Virus record (IMG/VR): IMGVR_UViG_3300010281_000001
Coordinates: 1 to 50,591 of that record
DNA from: a virus
Lineage: Duplodnaviria; Caudoviricetes
Strand: one strand, 5' to 3'
DNA length: 50,591 bases
The first letter of the stretch is position 1, and the number at the start of each line of letters is the position of its first letter. Under the pieces are notes generated by a model. The model saw only the letters and a list, made by a program, of their open reading frames with translations. It had not been told where the DNA came from and ran no database searches. Shown one piece after another: positions 16,916-27,177 of this stretch. Made by a program: the position numbers and the translations under genes.

Positions 16916-19900
16916 ATAAAAAAGAAGCTACACATTCTTTAAGAACTGAAATTCAAATGCTTTTCAATACTCAGGGTGCAGATCAGGTTGTTGAAGATGT
17001 TAAGGAGATTTCCCAGAAAGTTGCCAATTTAGTAGAACCCGTTAAAGGTTTAACTAATGCTTTTGCGGAATTAAATGCCAGTCCTTTAAGAGGTTTAGTA
17101 AAGATATTGAAAAATTTTTCTGTAGATTCAGTAGCAGTCGATGCAAGTAATTTACGAAAGGTTATAGAGAATAAAATAGCGACTGCCATTACTAAATCTA
17201 AAATTGAGTTTATTGGTGATGAGGGAAGCGAAAGATACCCATTTAAAGTTAAGATGGGGAAGGAGTTTTGGGAGAAGAATCATAAGAATGTAGCGGAGGC
17301 AATGGCGAAATCATTTGCTAATTTTGAAGTGGATACATCAAAAATACCTCCTTTAGATAATAGGCAAATACTAGAAGAGTTTCAAAAGAGGTTTAATGAG
17401 CAGATTGTTGAGCTAATAAAAGATCAGGATATATTTAGTCTATTTAAGGTAGATCCTAAGACTAAAGTTAAGAAATTTAAGTATAAGAGGAAATTTACAT
17501 TAGATGAAAATACAGTAGAAGAGATAATGAAAGCTATAGAAAGTGAGTTTGTAAGGGTACTTTCCGATCCTGCTAATATTAATTTAGGAGATATCCCTAA
17601 ATTAAATCTTAAATCTGATGAACTAAAACAAGTTGTATTAAGGATACAGGAAAGTATTGGGAATATAGATAGTTTATTAGGGGTAGACGCTAAAACATTA
17701 GGAGATTTACCTAATATAGAGGATAAATTAGTTAAGTTTAGAGATAACTTAACTAAAATGATTAAAGAAATTAATACTTTAGCCGAACAATTGGATTCAA
17801 TAACTATAGGTAAGGCTACGGAGGAAGATGTAAAGAAAGCGATTAAATCAATAAATAACTTAAAGGATTCCGTAACTATTAAAATAAGTAAGTGGATAGA
17901 GGATGTTACATTAGCATTAGACTCTCAATTAAATTTAAGGCCAGATTTAAGTAGCTTTAAAGAAAGTATTAAATCTCTGAATAACTATCTTGATACACTA
18001 TTTCAACAACAAATAGAGTTATTCCAACAAGACATAGATAAGGTATTAAATAAATTAACTACTAAGGATGTAGAACAAAGAATAGATTTAGTAAAGGGCA
18101 AGAAATTAGATATTACTCAACTTATATTAGATGTTATTACAGAAAATATTCTTAAACAGGAGATACCTATTGCTGTAGATTCACAACCAATTAGTGAAAC
18201 CATTAGAGCGTGGACTACGGATTTTGGTATAGATATAAATGAACAGTTAAATGGTGTTTTAGAATCTCTTGTAAATGGAATGTCAGGTATATATGAATTA
18301 TTAGATGTTCAAATTTCATCCTTAATACAATCTACTATAAAAGATCTAAATTCTGTGGCAGCAGAAAATGCTGAATTATTTAATACAGACGAGTTGAGGA
18401 GACTAATTAGGAAAATACAGGAAGATATATATTCTAATGTAGTAACTGTTTTATCTAACGTTACAGTAAAAAGTATAACTAATGAGAATTTTGAATTTGA
18501 TCTACCTAAGTCTTTTAGGAAGGATATTAAACGGGTAATTGATAATAACATAAAAGAATATATGAGAAGAGTATCTGAGTACTCTCAGGTAGAAGGACTA
18601 GAGGGAATAGAGGTTAATGACGCTATTGAGAAATTAAGGAAGCATACTACGATGATAGTAAATGCAGTAATGAGACAGGTTAATCAGTGTTTAACTAATA
18701 TTAGAAGAGAATTTGCTCATGAAGATATTGGGTTGGCTGAGAGTACAGAGAATTTAAAAAATACCTTTAAAAATAACATAAGAGCATTAACTAAAACTTA
18801 TATTAAAGCTCTAGAGAATTCAATTAATACTATTATATTAACAGAAGAAAGTTTAGAGTATTTAAAAGATGAAATTACTAATTTAATAAAGAATAATATT
18901 AAAGTTTCTAGCATAGGTGTAGATGCTCAGGAAGTATCACTTACATTAGATGGAATTTATAGCTCAGTACTAAATCAAGTCTCTACCGAGATTAATAATG
19001 CTTTATCCTATTGGACACCTCACATAAATATCAATGATGCTTTAAACGGTGAGCAGATATCAAGGAAGCTTACGCAACAAATAGATGAGGTACTTCAATA
19101 TCGTATCAATGATTGGGTTAACAAAATTAGTTATGATACTAATCTAACCGAATCATCTAAGGAGGATATTGGTAATGTAGATAATGCAATAAGAATAGGA
19201 ACATTAGATATTACTAAGTTATTAGATACAGTAGCAAAGGGTATTGAAGATATACTAGAGAGACAGTTAAATGATTTAATTAATGAGGTTAAGGGATCAG
19301 ATATCGGAGAAGTGAAAATAGATGTCGCTAATGTGGTAAAACGAATAGATACTTTATTGGAAAAGCTAGTTTTAAATAGGGTAGCAAAATTAACTCTAGA
19401 ACAGGCAAATCAAGAGGATTTAGGAATTAATCTGGATAAACCTACAAAAAAAGTATTAAAACGAATAGAGAATATTGTAAATAGCACTATAGATGCTATA
19501 ACTGAAAAGGAAATAGATTCAGGGGAATTAAATATTAAAACTAATAGATTACAGAATAATATAAATAGCATGATACAGAAGATTATAAATAAAAAGGCTA
19601 AAGAGATAACAGCTTATGGTAATCAGTTGGTGGGAGAAGTATCAATAGATAGTGAGTATTTAGTTGTATTGAAAGAAAGTATAGATAATATACTAGAGAA
19701 TATAATGTTAGGATATGCGGAAGCCGCTAAGAAATTGTCTACTCAAGTAAGTAGTAGTGATGAAATTAATGCTATTTATACTAAGATGGTAAATGGTTTT
19801 ACTGAATCATTTTCTTTAGCTATAGATAGTTTCTTAGAGGGGTTGAATGTTGTAAATAAAGGGCAAGTTAATATACCAGTTAGTAAGTTACACCCTAAGA

Positions 19901-22900
19901 TAAAAGAAGCTATGGCCAAATATTTTGGTGTGGGGGTTAAGGAGTTTACTGAAGCTTTCCCTGAGATCAGTGGAAAGGAAATACAAAAAGTAGTAATTCA
20001 AAAGAATGTAGAACTAATAATAAACACATTGAATAGTGTAATAAATGCTTCCACTAAAAAAGTAATAAAATCATATACAGATTCTATAAAAGAAGTAGAG
20101 ATAGAGCCGAGTAGTTCATTAATTGAATATATTCAAGGTAAGCTAAGAGAGTTACAGGATAGTATACTTACAGCAGCGAAGAGAATGGTTAAAGAACAGT
20201 TTAAGTTCCTCACTGAAGAAATAAGGCAGATGAATTTAGAGGCTAGAAGTTTAGGGTATAGGCCAACTAAAGCATTTACTAAGGAAGTTTCAAAGGCCAC
20301 TGGTGAGAGTGTAGAAACAGGTAATGTAATTAAAGGCATTTTAGGTAACGCTAATCTAAATATAAATACTGCTTCTATTAGTGGAGCTGATATAATTGCA
20401 AATGAATTAGAGGTTGCTAGTACTTCAGTAAGTATACCTAATATAAGTGAGTTAAAGACAAATGCTACTTCTGTGATAGTTGATGGGAAGGTAGTAGATC
20501 TAAATGTAGATAGATTCCCAATGGAAAAGTTATCACCTTCTATTGAGAATTTATTAACTTCAAGAATACAATTTGATCCAGAGGCATTGTCAGAACTCTC
20601 CAATGTTTTATCTAATTTAACTCCAGAACACTTCTTACGTTCAAATATATATGGTAGAGGATATGAAGCATTTGATGTAAATAAACTTTTCTTTCGACAA
20701 GTGACTGATACTCGAAAAGGACTTTTAAGTGGAGTAGCTTCTAATATGGCTAAGTATTTAATTGCAGGTTATTTAATGAGATTACCTATGAAGGCTATTA
20801 CAGAAGCTAACAAAATAGCAGCAGAGTTGGACTACCATATAGCAAAAGCTAGGCAGAATATTGTAATAAAAGATCCTCAAATGACTGCTACTGCCCAACA
20901 AATTGTATACAATAGATACAGACAAGAGGGGCGTAGCGTAGACACAGAAGAATTTAGAAATGACGTTAAAAGGGAAGCTACTAATCTACGGAATATGATG
21001 AGTAGTGAAATGTCAAAATACCTTTTAAATATTTCTAAGGCATACTATCAGGATATAGCAGATGTTGGAAGATATTATAGTATAGTTTCTAGAAGAGCTA
21101 GAAATCCTTATGAGGCATTAACTAGAACGAAAGAAATTGCAAAAATTGCGGCGGTGGAGGAAGATTTAGATATTGATTTTGCTGCTACTGGACTTGAAGC
21201 GTTATCTGCACAGTGGGGTATACCGGCAGGTAATATGAATAGATATGTAAATATGTTATTAAAAACTGCTATGTTGTCTAACACTACTGTTGGAGATTTA
21301 CTAGCTACTCAAAGAGATACTGCTGCAATGTTCAAAACAAGGTTAAAAGGTCTAGATGATGAAAAAGCGTTTGCTACTGCTATGGCATTATCTTCTATGT
21401 TCGTTGAGGCTACAGGAAAATCAGGTAGAGAAGCAGGTACTTTCTGGAAAAATGTATTACAGAGACCTTATACAAAGGACAGTAGAAAATTCTTAGAAGA
21501 AGTCTCTCAGTATGAGGGATTTGAAATGTTATCACCATATTATGTCGATGAGATGGGGAGAAGAGTTCAAAAAGATTTCTTAACAATGTTCTCAAATATA
21601 ATAGAAACTACTCTAAAAGTAGATGATCCTTCTGCAATGTCTATATTATCACAGATATTCCCACTTAGAACTATTGGCGGAGCAGAATCTATATCAGCAT
21701 TAGTACAGAATCTAAAAGTAGATTTAGAAAAATCCATAAAAATGTTAAAGGACATGGGAGAGCTGGATCAAGATACTACTATAGATACTGTTGATGTTAA
21801 AGAAGTAATTGAAAAATATATTGAAAACATAATGGGAGTAACAGATGAAGATATAGGAATGTATTTAGCTGGATTACAGGATACTTTTCAATATACTTAT
21901 ACAGGGATGCACACTCAATGGCAATCCACTATCTATACTGTTTTTCAGGAACTAAAGGAAGAAGCAAGTGCAGCCATGACTTATTTAACCGCAGTACTTC
22001 GTAAATTTGAAGAAAATGGATACAAACTTGCCGAAGTAATAGGGATTTTCATGAAGATAGGTCTTGGACTATTAGGAGAAAGAATGATAGATAGAGTGAT
22101 TCAGAAAGGAAAAGAGGCTCCAATTGGACTAAGTGATGTACAGAAAGAAGCGGCTTATAAATATATTGAACTTCAGGCACTTGAAAAGTCTTTAGACGCA
22201 AGAAGAGAAGCTGTAGAACAAACTTTAATTAAATATAAAGCTAATTTGGATGCAGTAGATAAGGATATCACGAGGTTACAAGATGAAAGGCATCAACTTC
22301 ACGTATTCATTAATGATTTACAGAGTAGGGCGAAGTTGTCTAAGGAAGAGGAAATAGAGCTTCGTAAAGCTATGATGCAAAGAGATTTGTATGATGATCA
22401 GTTAGTGAAACTTAGAAATACTTACAGTTTATTAGAACGCACAGTACAGGGGTTAAATGATGAATTTGAGGATATTACACAATCATATTCAGGTGCTATT
22501 AATCTTGGAACTTTCCTGAAAAATAGCATGGGGGCTAGGAATGTAGAAGAATTAAGAAATAGTTTTGCAAATTACCTAAGAAATAATAAACTTTATAATG
22601 AAATAGCACCACTGGCTATAAGAAGCTCCATGAATCATAGTAACGAATGGTACGAACAACTATTTAGTAGGAAAACTGAATTAGAACAAGCATTGATATC
22701 GCAACAAAGAGAAATGATAGAATATATAACTGCTGCTTTTGGAGATAATGCTCAAGATATTTTACGTAGGGCTTTAGGAGATAACTTTGAAGAAACGTTC
22801 TATGCAATAGGACACAGATTATCAGATGAAACAGTAGAAGCTATAAAACGAATCGGTGAACATGTTGATTTTGATAGTCAATATGCTAAAATGCGTAAGA

Positions 22901-25020
22901 ATTTTGAAAACACATATAGAGAATTAAATGCTATAAATTCTGAGCTAATTAATTTAAACACTGATAGACTAAAGACTGAAAGATTAATATTTGAAGCAAC
23001 TAGACCAAAGATCGCAGGATATGGAATAGTGGATGGGGAGAGAGTAGCTAATTTAGTACCAAAGACAACAGAGGAAATATTAGAGAGTTATAGAAGTTTA
23101 CTTCCTTCAGTTGGAATAAAAGTAGAAGAGTTTGAAGCAGGTATGGACAGATTAGCGGCCATGTTTAAGGATGGAAGATTTAATGTTGATGCGTATGAGG
23201 ATGCTTTGAAGGAAGTAGCTGCTCAACTAGGAATAGCAGACAGTGATTTCAATAAGTTCAAGATGACTATTAAGAATTTGAATGATGAGATAAGGGCAGG
23301 GAATAGAGCTATATATGACTATCTAGCAGCATTAGAGTCCGTTAGTACAAAGAGTGGAAGAATTCAAGCAGGTACTACAGTTAAGCAAACAACTACTCCT
23401 ACAGGATTAAATGATACAAGTAAAACTGCATTAGGTGTAGGTGCATTATCAGCTTTAGGATCTACTGCTACTAAATCAGGTTTATTTGCTAAATTATTAG
23501 AAAAGTTTAAGGCTACTGGATTTGGATCAGGATTACTAAAGATAGGTACAGCGTTAGGAGCTACTAAATTAGGAGCATTAGGTAAAGGGTTAGCTGTAGG
23601 TGCTAAAGGATTGATTGCTAGACTACCTCATTTAGCCTTGATATATGCAGGGGTATCAGCACTAGGATCTATAATGGGTGGATTGGCAGAAAGAGGCATG
23701 ACAGATTCAGAGAGACTTTCTCTGGAAGCAGATAAGTTAGAGAGTTTGATAAAGAAAGCAACTGGGTGGAAGATAAATGAAGGAGATAATGCTATAACAA
23801 AAATAGCTAAATATGCTGGTAACTTTATAGGTACTTTAAGTAGCGGTGCCATGAATCAATTAAATAGATTGGTTGGAGGTACTGCACCATCCTTAATTGA
23901 AACGTGGAGATTGCGTAGTGAAGCAATGAAGCACCCTGAGCTTACCAGAGATGAATTAATAACTCAATTAAAGGAAATGTATGAAGTAGATGTTAAAAGA
24001 TATAAAGCAAATTACCAGAGACAATTAGAGTATTTGAATAAGAACCCATTTGTAGATCCGTTAACAGGTGAATTAAGAGCAGATAATGATCCTTATCTAG
24101 AAAACTTACCATTAGAAGATTTAATGGAATTCTTAGATAGAAGAATTAGTAGTTTGAATAAAGCTTTAACAGAAAGCGATGCACTATTTACTAAAGAAAA
24201 AGTGAAGTTATTGATAAGCGGGTTGTCAAATAACTCTAGAGAGATGAGAGAGGCTGTAAAGAAGCACTTAGACAGAAACATAGAAGAAATGAGGGGGCTA
24301 GTAGAAGAACTAAAAACATACCTACCTAAACTTGTACCTGGAACAGAAGCTTATACTGAAATGCAATTACAGATAATGGATTTAGAAAATAGAATTGCTG
24401 AATCTGAACTACAGAAATTTGAAACAAGGTTTTCAGAATTTGATGAGATAATGGAAAGATATAGTAGGCAATCATCTTTAATTCAGTCTAAGTATGACGT
24501 TAAAAAATACGATGCTATACTATCGGGAATAAAAAGTGATTCCACAGCTATAAGACAGATTGAGAAGAAAATGGCTGAGGAACAGGTAAGAATGATAAAT
24601 AGTATACAAAGCAAACTAGATAGTTTAATGAGACAGTTTGCTGATAAACCAGACCAAAGAGAAAAGATATTAATTCAAATACAGCAATTAGAGGCAGATA
24701 AGAAACGAATTTTAGCTGATATAAAAGATAAGATGAGTGAAGGATTATCTACTTTCAATCTTCCTTCTGAGATAAAACCTTTAACCTACTACGAAGCCAT
24801 GACAAGAAGTAATACTCATAGAAATGTAACTGTTAGATCTGGAGATGCTATGGTAAACATTACTATTGAAAATATGACTGGATCAGATGCAGATTTAGAA
24901 AGATTAGGTAGAGCTGTAAGTAATGCAGTAGCACAAGCACAGAAAAACTTCGTAAGGCAGTTTGCTAATGACGTAAAAGCTGGAATGGGTAACAACTATT
25001 ATAGTTGGAATAATTATTAA
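16909..25020 (+). CDS. tape measure protein, 2703 aa
   Basis: Very long helical ORF after the chaperones; TMP-like core (ATGKSGREAGTFWK); Gly/Ala/Leu-rich hydrophobic segment. Confidence 0.9.
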   Translation: MADKKEATHSLRTEIQMLFNTQGADQVVEDVKEISQKVANLVEPVKGLTNAFAELNASPLRGLVKILKNFSVDSVAVDASNLRKVIENKIATAITKSKIEFIGDEGSERYPFKVKMGKEFWEKNHKNVAEAMAKSFANFEVDTSKIPPLDNRQILEEFQKRFNEQIVELIKDQDIFSLFKVDPKTKVKKFKYKRKFTLDENTVEEIMKAIESEFVRVLSDPANINLGDIPKLNLKSDELKQVVLRIQESIGNIDSLLGVDAKTLGDLPNIEDKLVKFRDNLTKMIKEINTLAEQLDSITIGKATEEDVKKAIKSINNLKDSVTIKISKWIEDVTLALDSQLNLRPDLSSFKESIKSLNNYLDTLFQQQIELFQQDIDKVLNKLTTKDVEQRIDLVKGKKLDITQLILDVITENILKQEIPIAVDSQPISETIRAWTTDFGIDINEQLNGVLESLVNGMSGIYELLDVQISSLIQSTIKDLNSVAAENAELFNTDELRRLIRKIQEDIYSNVVTVLSNVTVKSITNENFEFDLPKSFRKDIKRVIDNNIKEYMRRVSEYSQVEGLEGIEVNDAIEKLRKHTTMIVNAVMRQVNQCLTNIRREFAHEDIGLAESTENLKNTFKNNIRALTKTYIKALENSINTIILTEESLEYLKDEITNLIKNNIKVSSIGVDAQEVSLTLDGIYSSVLNQVSTEINNALSYWTPHININDALNGEQISRKLTQQIDEVLQYRINDWVNKISYDTNLTESSKEDIGNVDNAIRIGTLDITKLLDTVAKGIEDILERQLNDLINEVKGSDIGEVKIDVANVVKRIDTLLEKLVLNRVAKLTLEQANQEDLGINLDKPTKKVLKRIENIVNSTIDAITEKEIDSGELNIKTNRLQNNINSMIQKIINKKAKEITAYGNQLVGEVSIDSEYLVVLKESIDNILENIMLGYAEAAKKLSTQVSSSDEINAIYTKMVNGFTESFSLAIDSFLEGLNVVNKGQVNIPVSKLHPKIKEAMAKYFGVGVKEFTEAFPEISGKEIQKVVIQKNVELIINTLNSVINASTKKVIKSYTDSIKEVEIEPSSSLIEYIQGKLRELQDSILTAAKRMVKEQFKFLTEEIRQMNLEARSLGYRPTKAFTKEVSKATGESVETGNVIKGILGNANLNINTASISGADIIANELEVASTSVSIPNISELKTNATSVIVDGKVVDLNVDRFPMEKLSPSIENLLTSRIQFDPEALSELSNVLSNLTPEHFLRSNIYGRGYEAFDVNKLFFRQVTDTRKGLLSGVASNMAKYLIAGYLMRLPMKAITEANKIAAELDYHIAKARQNIVIKDPQMTATAQQIVYNRYRQEGRSVDTEEFRNDVKREATNLRNMMSSEMSKYLLNISKAYYQDIADVGRYYSIVSRRARNPYEALTRTKEIAKIAAVEEDLDIDFAATGLEALSAQWGIPAGNMNRYVNMLLKTAMLSNTTVGDLLATQRDTAAMFKTRLKGLDDEKAFATAMALSSMFVEATGKSGREAGTFWKNVLQRPYTKDSRKFLEEVSQYEGFEMLSPYYVDEMGRRVQKDFLTMFSNIIETTLKVDDPSAMSILSQIFPLRTIGGAESISALVQNLKVDLEKSIKMLKDMGELDQDTTIDTVDVKEVIEKYIENIMGVTDEDIGMYLAGLQDTFQYTYTGMHTQWQSTIYTVFQELKEEASAAMTYLTAVLRKFEENGYKLAEVIGIFMKIGLGLLGERMIDRVIQKGKEAPIGLSDVQKEAAYKYIELQALEKSLDARREAVEQTLIKYKANLDAVDKDITRLQDERHQLHVFINDLQSRAKLSKEEEIELRKAMMQRDLYDDQLVKLRNTYSLLERTVQGLNDEFEDITQSYSGAINLGTFLKNSMGARNVEELRNSFANYLRNNKLYNEIAPLAIRSSMNHSNEWYEQLFSRKTELEQALISQQREMIEYITAAFGDNAQDILRRALGDNFEETFYAIGHRLSDETVEAIKRIGEHVDFDSQYAKMRKNFENTYRELNAINSELINLNTDRLKTERLIFEATRPKIAGYGIVDGERVANLVPKTTEEILESYRSLLPSVGIKVEEFEAGMDRLAAMFKDGRFNVDAYEDALKEVAAQLGIADSDFNKFKMTIKNLNDEIRAGNRAIYDYLAALESVSTKSGRIQAGTTVKQTTTPTGLNDTSKTALGVGALSALGSTATKSGLFAKLLEKFKATGFGSGLLKIGTALGATKLGALGKGLAVGAKGLIARLPHLALIYAGVSALGSIMGGLAERGMTDSERLSLEADKLESLIKKATGWKINEGDNAITKIAKYAGNFIGTLSSGAMNQLNRLVGGTAPSLIETWRLRSEAMKHPELTRDELITQLKEMYEVDVKRYKANYQRQLEYLNKNPFVDPLTGELRADNDPYLENLPLEDLMEFLDRRISSLNKALTESDALFTKEKVKLLISGLSNNSREMREAVKKHLDRNIEEMRGLVEELKTYLPKLVPGTEAYTEMQLQIMDLENRIAESELQKFETRFSEFDEIMERYSRQSSLIQSKYDVKKYDAILSGIKSDSTAIRQIEKKMAEEQVRMINSIQSKLDSLMRQFADKPDQREKILIQIQQLEADKKRILADIKDKMSEGLSTFNLPSEIKPLTYYEAMTRSNTHRNVTVRSGDAMVNITIENMTGSDADLERLGRAVSNAVAQAQKNFVRQFANDVKAGMGNNYYSWNNY

Positions 25021-25053
25021 TACCTGCAACTATTGTGTTGCAGGTATTCTTTT
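25019..25053 (+). terminator. intrinsic terminator
   Basis: AATACCTGCAAC/GTTGCAGGTATT stem plus T-rich tail. Confidence 0.85.
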
Positions 25054-25060
25054 GTTTGTT

Positions 25061-25092
25061 AGATATCTAGGATATGTATTATACCTATACTA
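25061..25092 (+). promoter_or_regulatory. putative phage late promoter for the tail-tip operon
   Basis: AGATA-N18-CCTATACTA right after the terminator. Confidence 0.6.
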
Positions 25093-25115
25093 TTTAAAGA
25101 ATTGGAGGTGGAGAG

Positions 25116-25736
25116 GTGTCTAGACAAAGACCTTATGTTAATCCTTTAGAAGATGATTATAGATATAAAAAGATATTGTTTGTCGATGTTGGCATGACTT
25201 TTGAAAAAGTTAATGCAAGAATTATTGAACCATACACACCACCTACACCTTTACCAAAGACAGCTAGAATGGATATTTTAGAAGGTCCATCACATATACA
25301 TCATTCAGGTATTGCTGCATATAAGTGTAGTTTCGGATTGTTATTTCCAAATAGACGTGCTTACATTGAATACATGACTTATATAGGAAGTACTCATAAA
25401 TTTTATGATGAAAGAGGTCAGATTTATACTGGTACAGTTGAAGATGTGAAACCTAGGGTGGTGGAAGGTAATAGACGATATGTTCTTGATATAACATTGA
25501 TATTAATAAAAAAAGATCAGTACGATAAGAAAGATTTCTTTCAATTTCAAGATATAGAGGGACATTGGGCGGAAAAAGACATAAGCGAAATGGCTAATTT
25601 AGGTTTATTAGCTGTTACTACTATAGATGGCGATCCTGTATTATACTTCAGACCTGAGGATTATACTACAAGAGCAGAGTTCGTAGCAATGTTAAATAGA
25701 ACTAGAAGATTGATAGAGAGGATATTAAGGGAGTAG
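25116..25736 (+). CDS. putative distal tail protein with a C-terminal SLH motif
   Basis: Follows the tape measure; FQDIEGHWAEKDI..LGLL..FRPEDYTTRAEFVAMLNR is a canonical SLH motif. Confidence 0.8.
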   Translation: MSRQRPYVNPLEDDYRYKKILFVDVGMTFEKVNARIIEPYTPPTPLPKTARMDILEGPSHIHHSGIAAYKCSFGLLFPNRRAYIEYMTYIGSTHKFYDERGQIYTGTVEDVKPRVVEGNRRYVLDITLILIKKDQYDKKDFFQFQDIEGHWAEKDISEMANLGLLAVTTIDGDPVLYFRPEDYTTRAEFVAMLNRTRRLIERILRE

Positions 25737-25742
25737 ATAAGA

Positions 25743-27167
25743 ATGAGTAGATTTTTAGATGTTACTTCAGATAAATGGTATTATAACGAAATAGTAGAGG
25801 CTTCTAACATTATATTAGAGGATGGAGATCCATTGATAGTAGGGATACCTTATAATGTTTTTCAGGAAGGAAAGCCTTATATTTATCAGGAATTTAAAGC
25901 AACTGCGGGGCAGAAGGAGTTTTTATTGAATAAAGCTATAACTCCTTCTAATGATAATCCATTATTTGTTTATGTAAATGGTGTTCAAACAGTATACAAG
26001 AGTGTAGAGCCAAGTGGAACTGGAACAAAAGTTACTTTATATACTGGAGTACCCGCCAATGCTGTTGTTGCTTTTGCAAGTTATGGTGTTCCTCAATTAG
26101 ATGAATATGGTAGGCCATTTACTACAGGCATACCTAATGCTAAGTATCCAAGTGTGAAACTACAAGGTGCTTCTAATTACTACTATAATCAATTTTATAG
26201 AGGTAAAAGGGAAACTGTATCAGCTTTCGGTAAGTATCTGAAACGTGCAAGTATTACATTTGAGGAATGGAACGCAAATCCGTCTAAGAGGTCAAAGTTA
26301 TTACAGAAATATATAGGTTATAACGATAATGTTTATTTTATTGATCCTGAAGGTACGCTCTATGTTCCTTATAACTTAAATGGAGTTACGTGTAAAGTTA
26401 CTTACTTTACTTATGAAGGTTATGTGAAAGTTAATACTCAGGAAGTAGTTCCTGTATCTGATAATGTCTTGCATCTAAATAGAGTGTTTCCAGATGCTTA
26501 CATTACCCGTGCAGAAGCTTTTGTGCTTATAGATCGTTTAAGAAGAACACTTTATAGCAGATTCTCAGATACTAAAGCATCCTCATATAAATTAGATGCT
26601 ACGATTATTGCCTATGAAGGACAGAGAGCTATTAGTATTCCAGGTCGATACGAGGTAGGAAAGAATGATATAGAGGTTTACTTAAACGGTAAAAAGCAGA
26701 CTGTTGGAAAAGATTATATAGAACAGGATGGATATACAATAGTATTTAAAGATTATTTGAAAGAGGGAGACGAAGTAAGAGTAAAAAGTGACAGGAATAA
26801 AAGTAATAATTTAGTGGATGTAGGTACACGTACAAAATACTATAGACCAGATAAAGGAACATTTATCAATATTAATGGTACTATAGGTAACCCTGATCCA
26901 GATGATGATTCTTGGTGGGCTCCTCATATACTAGCTTTAGAGCAGGAGGTATTAAGTACTGGTGAGCCATTAGTAGTAGGTATGCCTATTAGAGGAAGTT
27001 TTACTTATGAGGGGCAGAAGGTAGTTACAGTTGATTCTATGAAATACCCTATTCAAGGTCAGGGGGAAGAGGAGAATTGGTTTATGCCTGAAACTTTTAT
27101 GACAAGAGCACACGCCGCCACAATCCTCAATAAATTTAGAAAGCTAATGCTAGAGAAGTTCCTATAG
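25743..27167 (+). CDS. tail protein with two interrupted SLH motifs and beta-repeat domains
   Basis: FLDV..DKWYY..I / FPDAYITRAEAF..IDR and DV..WWAPHI / FMPETFMTRAHAA..LN half-motifs; VY.NG..Q..G.DY repeats. Confidence 0.7.
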   Translation: MSRFLDVTSDKWYYNEIVEASNIILEDGDPLIVGIPYNVFQEGKPYIYQEFKATAGQKEFLLNKAITPSNDNPLFVYVNGVQTVYKSVEPSGTGTKVTLYTGVPANAVVAFASYGVPQLDEYGRPFTTGIPNAKYPSVKLQGASNYYYNQFYRGKRETVSAFGKYLKRASITFEEWNANPSKRSKLLQKYIGYNDNVYFIDPEGTLYVPYNLNGVTCKVTYFTYEGYVKVNTQEVVPVSDNVLHLNRVFPDAYITRAEAFVLIDRLRRTLYSRFSDTKASSYKLDATIIAYEGQRAISIPGRYEVGKNDIEVYLNGKKQTVGKDYIEQDGYTIVFKDYLKEGDEVRVKSDRNKSNNLVDVGTRTKYYRPDKGTFININGTIGNPDPDDDSWWAPHILALEQEVLSTGEPLVVGMPIRGSFTYEGQKVVTVDSMKYPIQGQGEEENWFMPETFMTRAHAATILNKFRKLMLEKFL

Positions 27168-27177
27168 GAGTGATGCT

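Noticed and set aside
24304-24333. Seventh late-promoter copy (CCTAAACTT)
   Set aside because: Last base differs and there is no GWTA at the correct spacing
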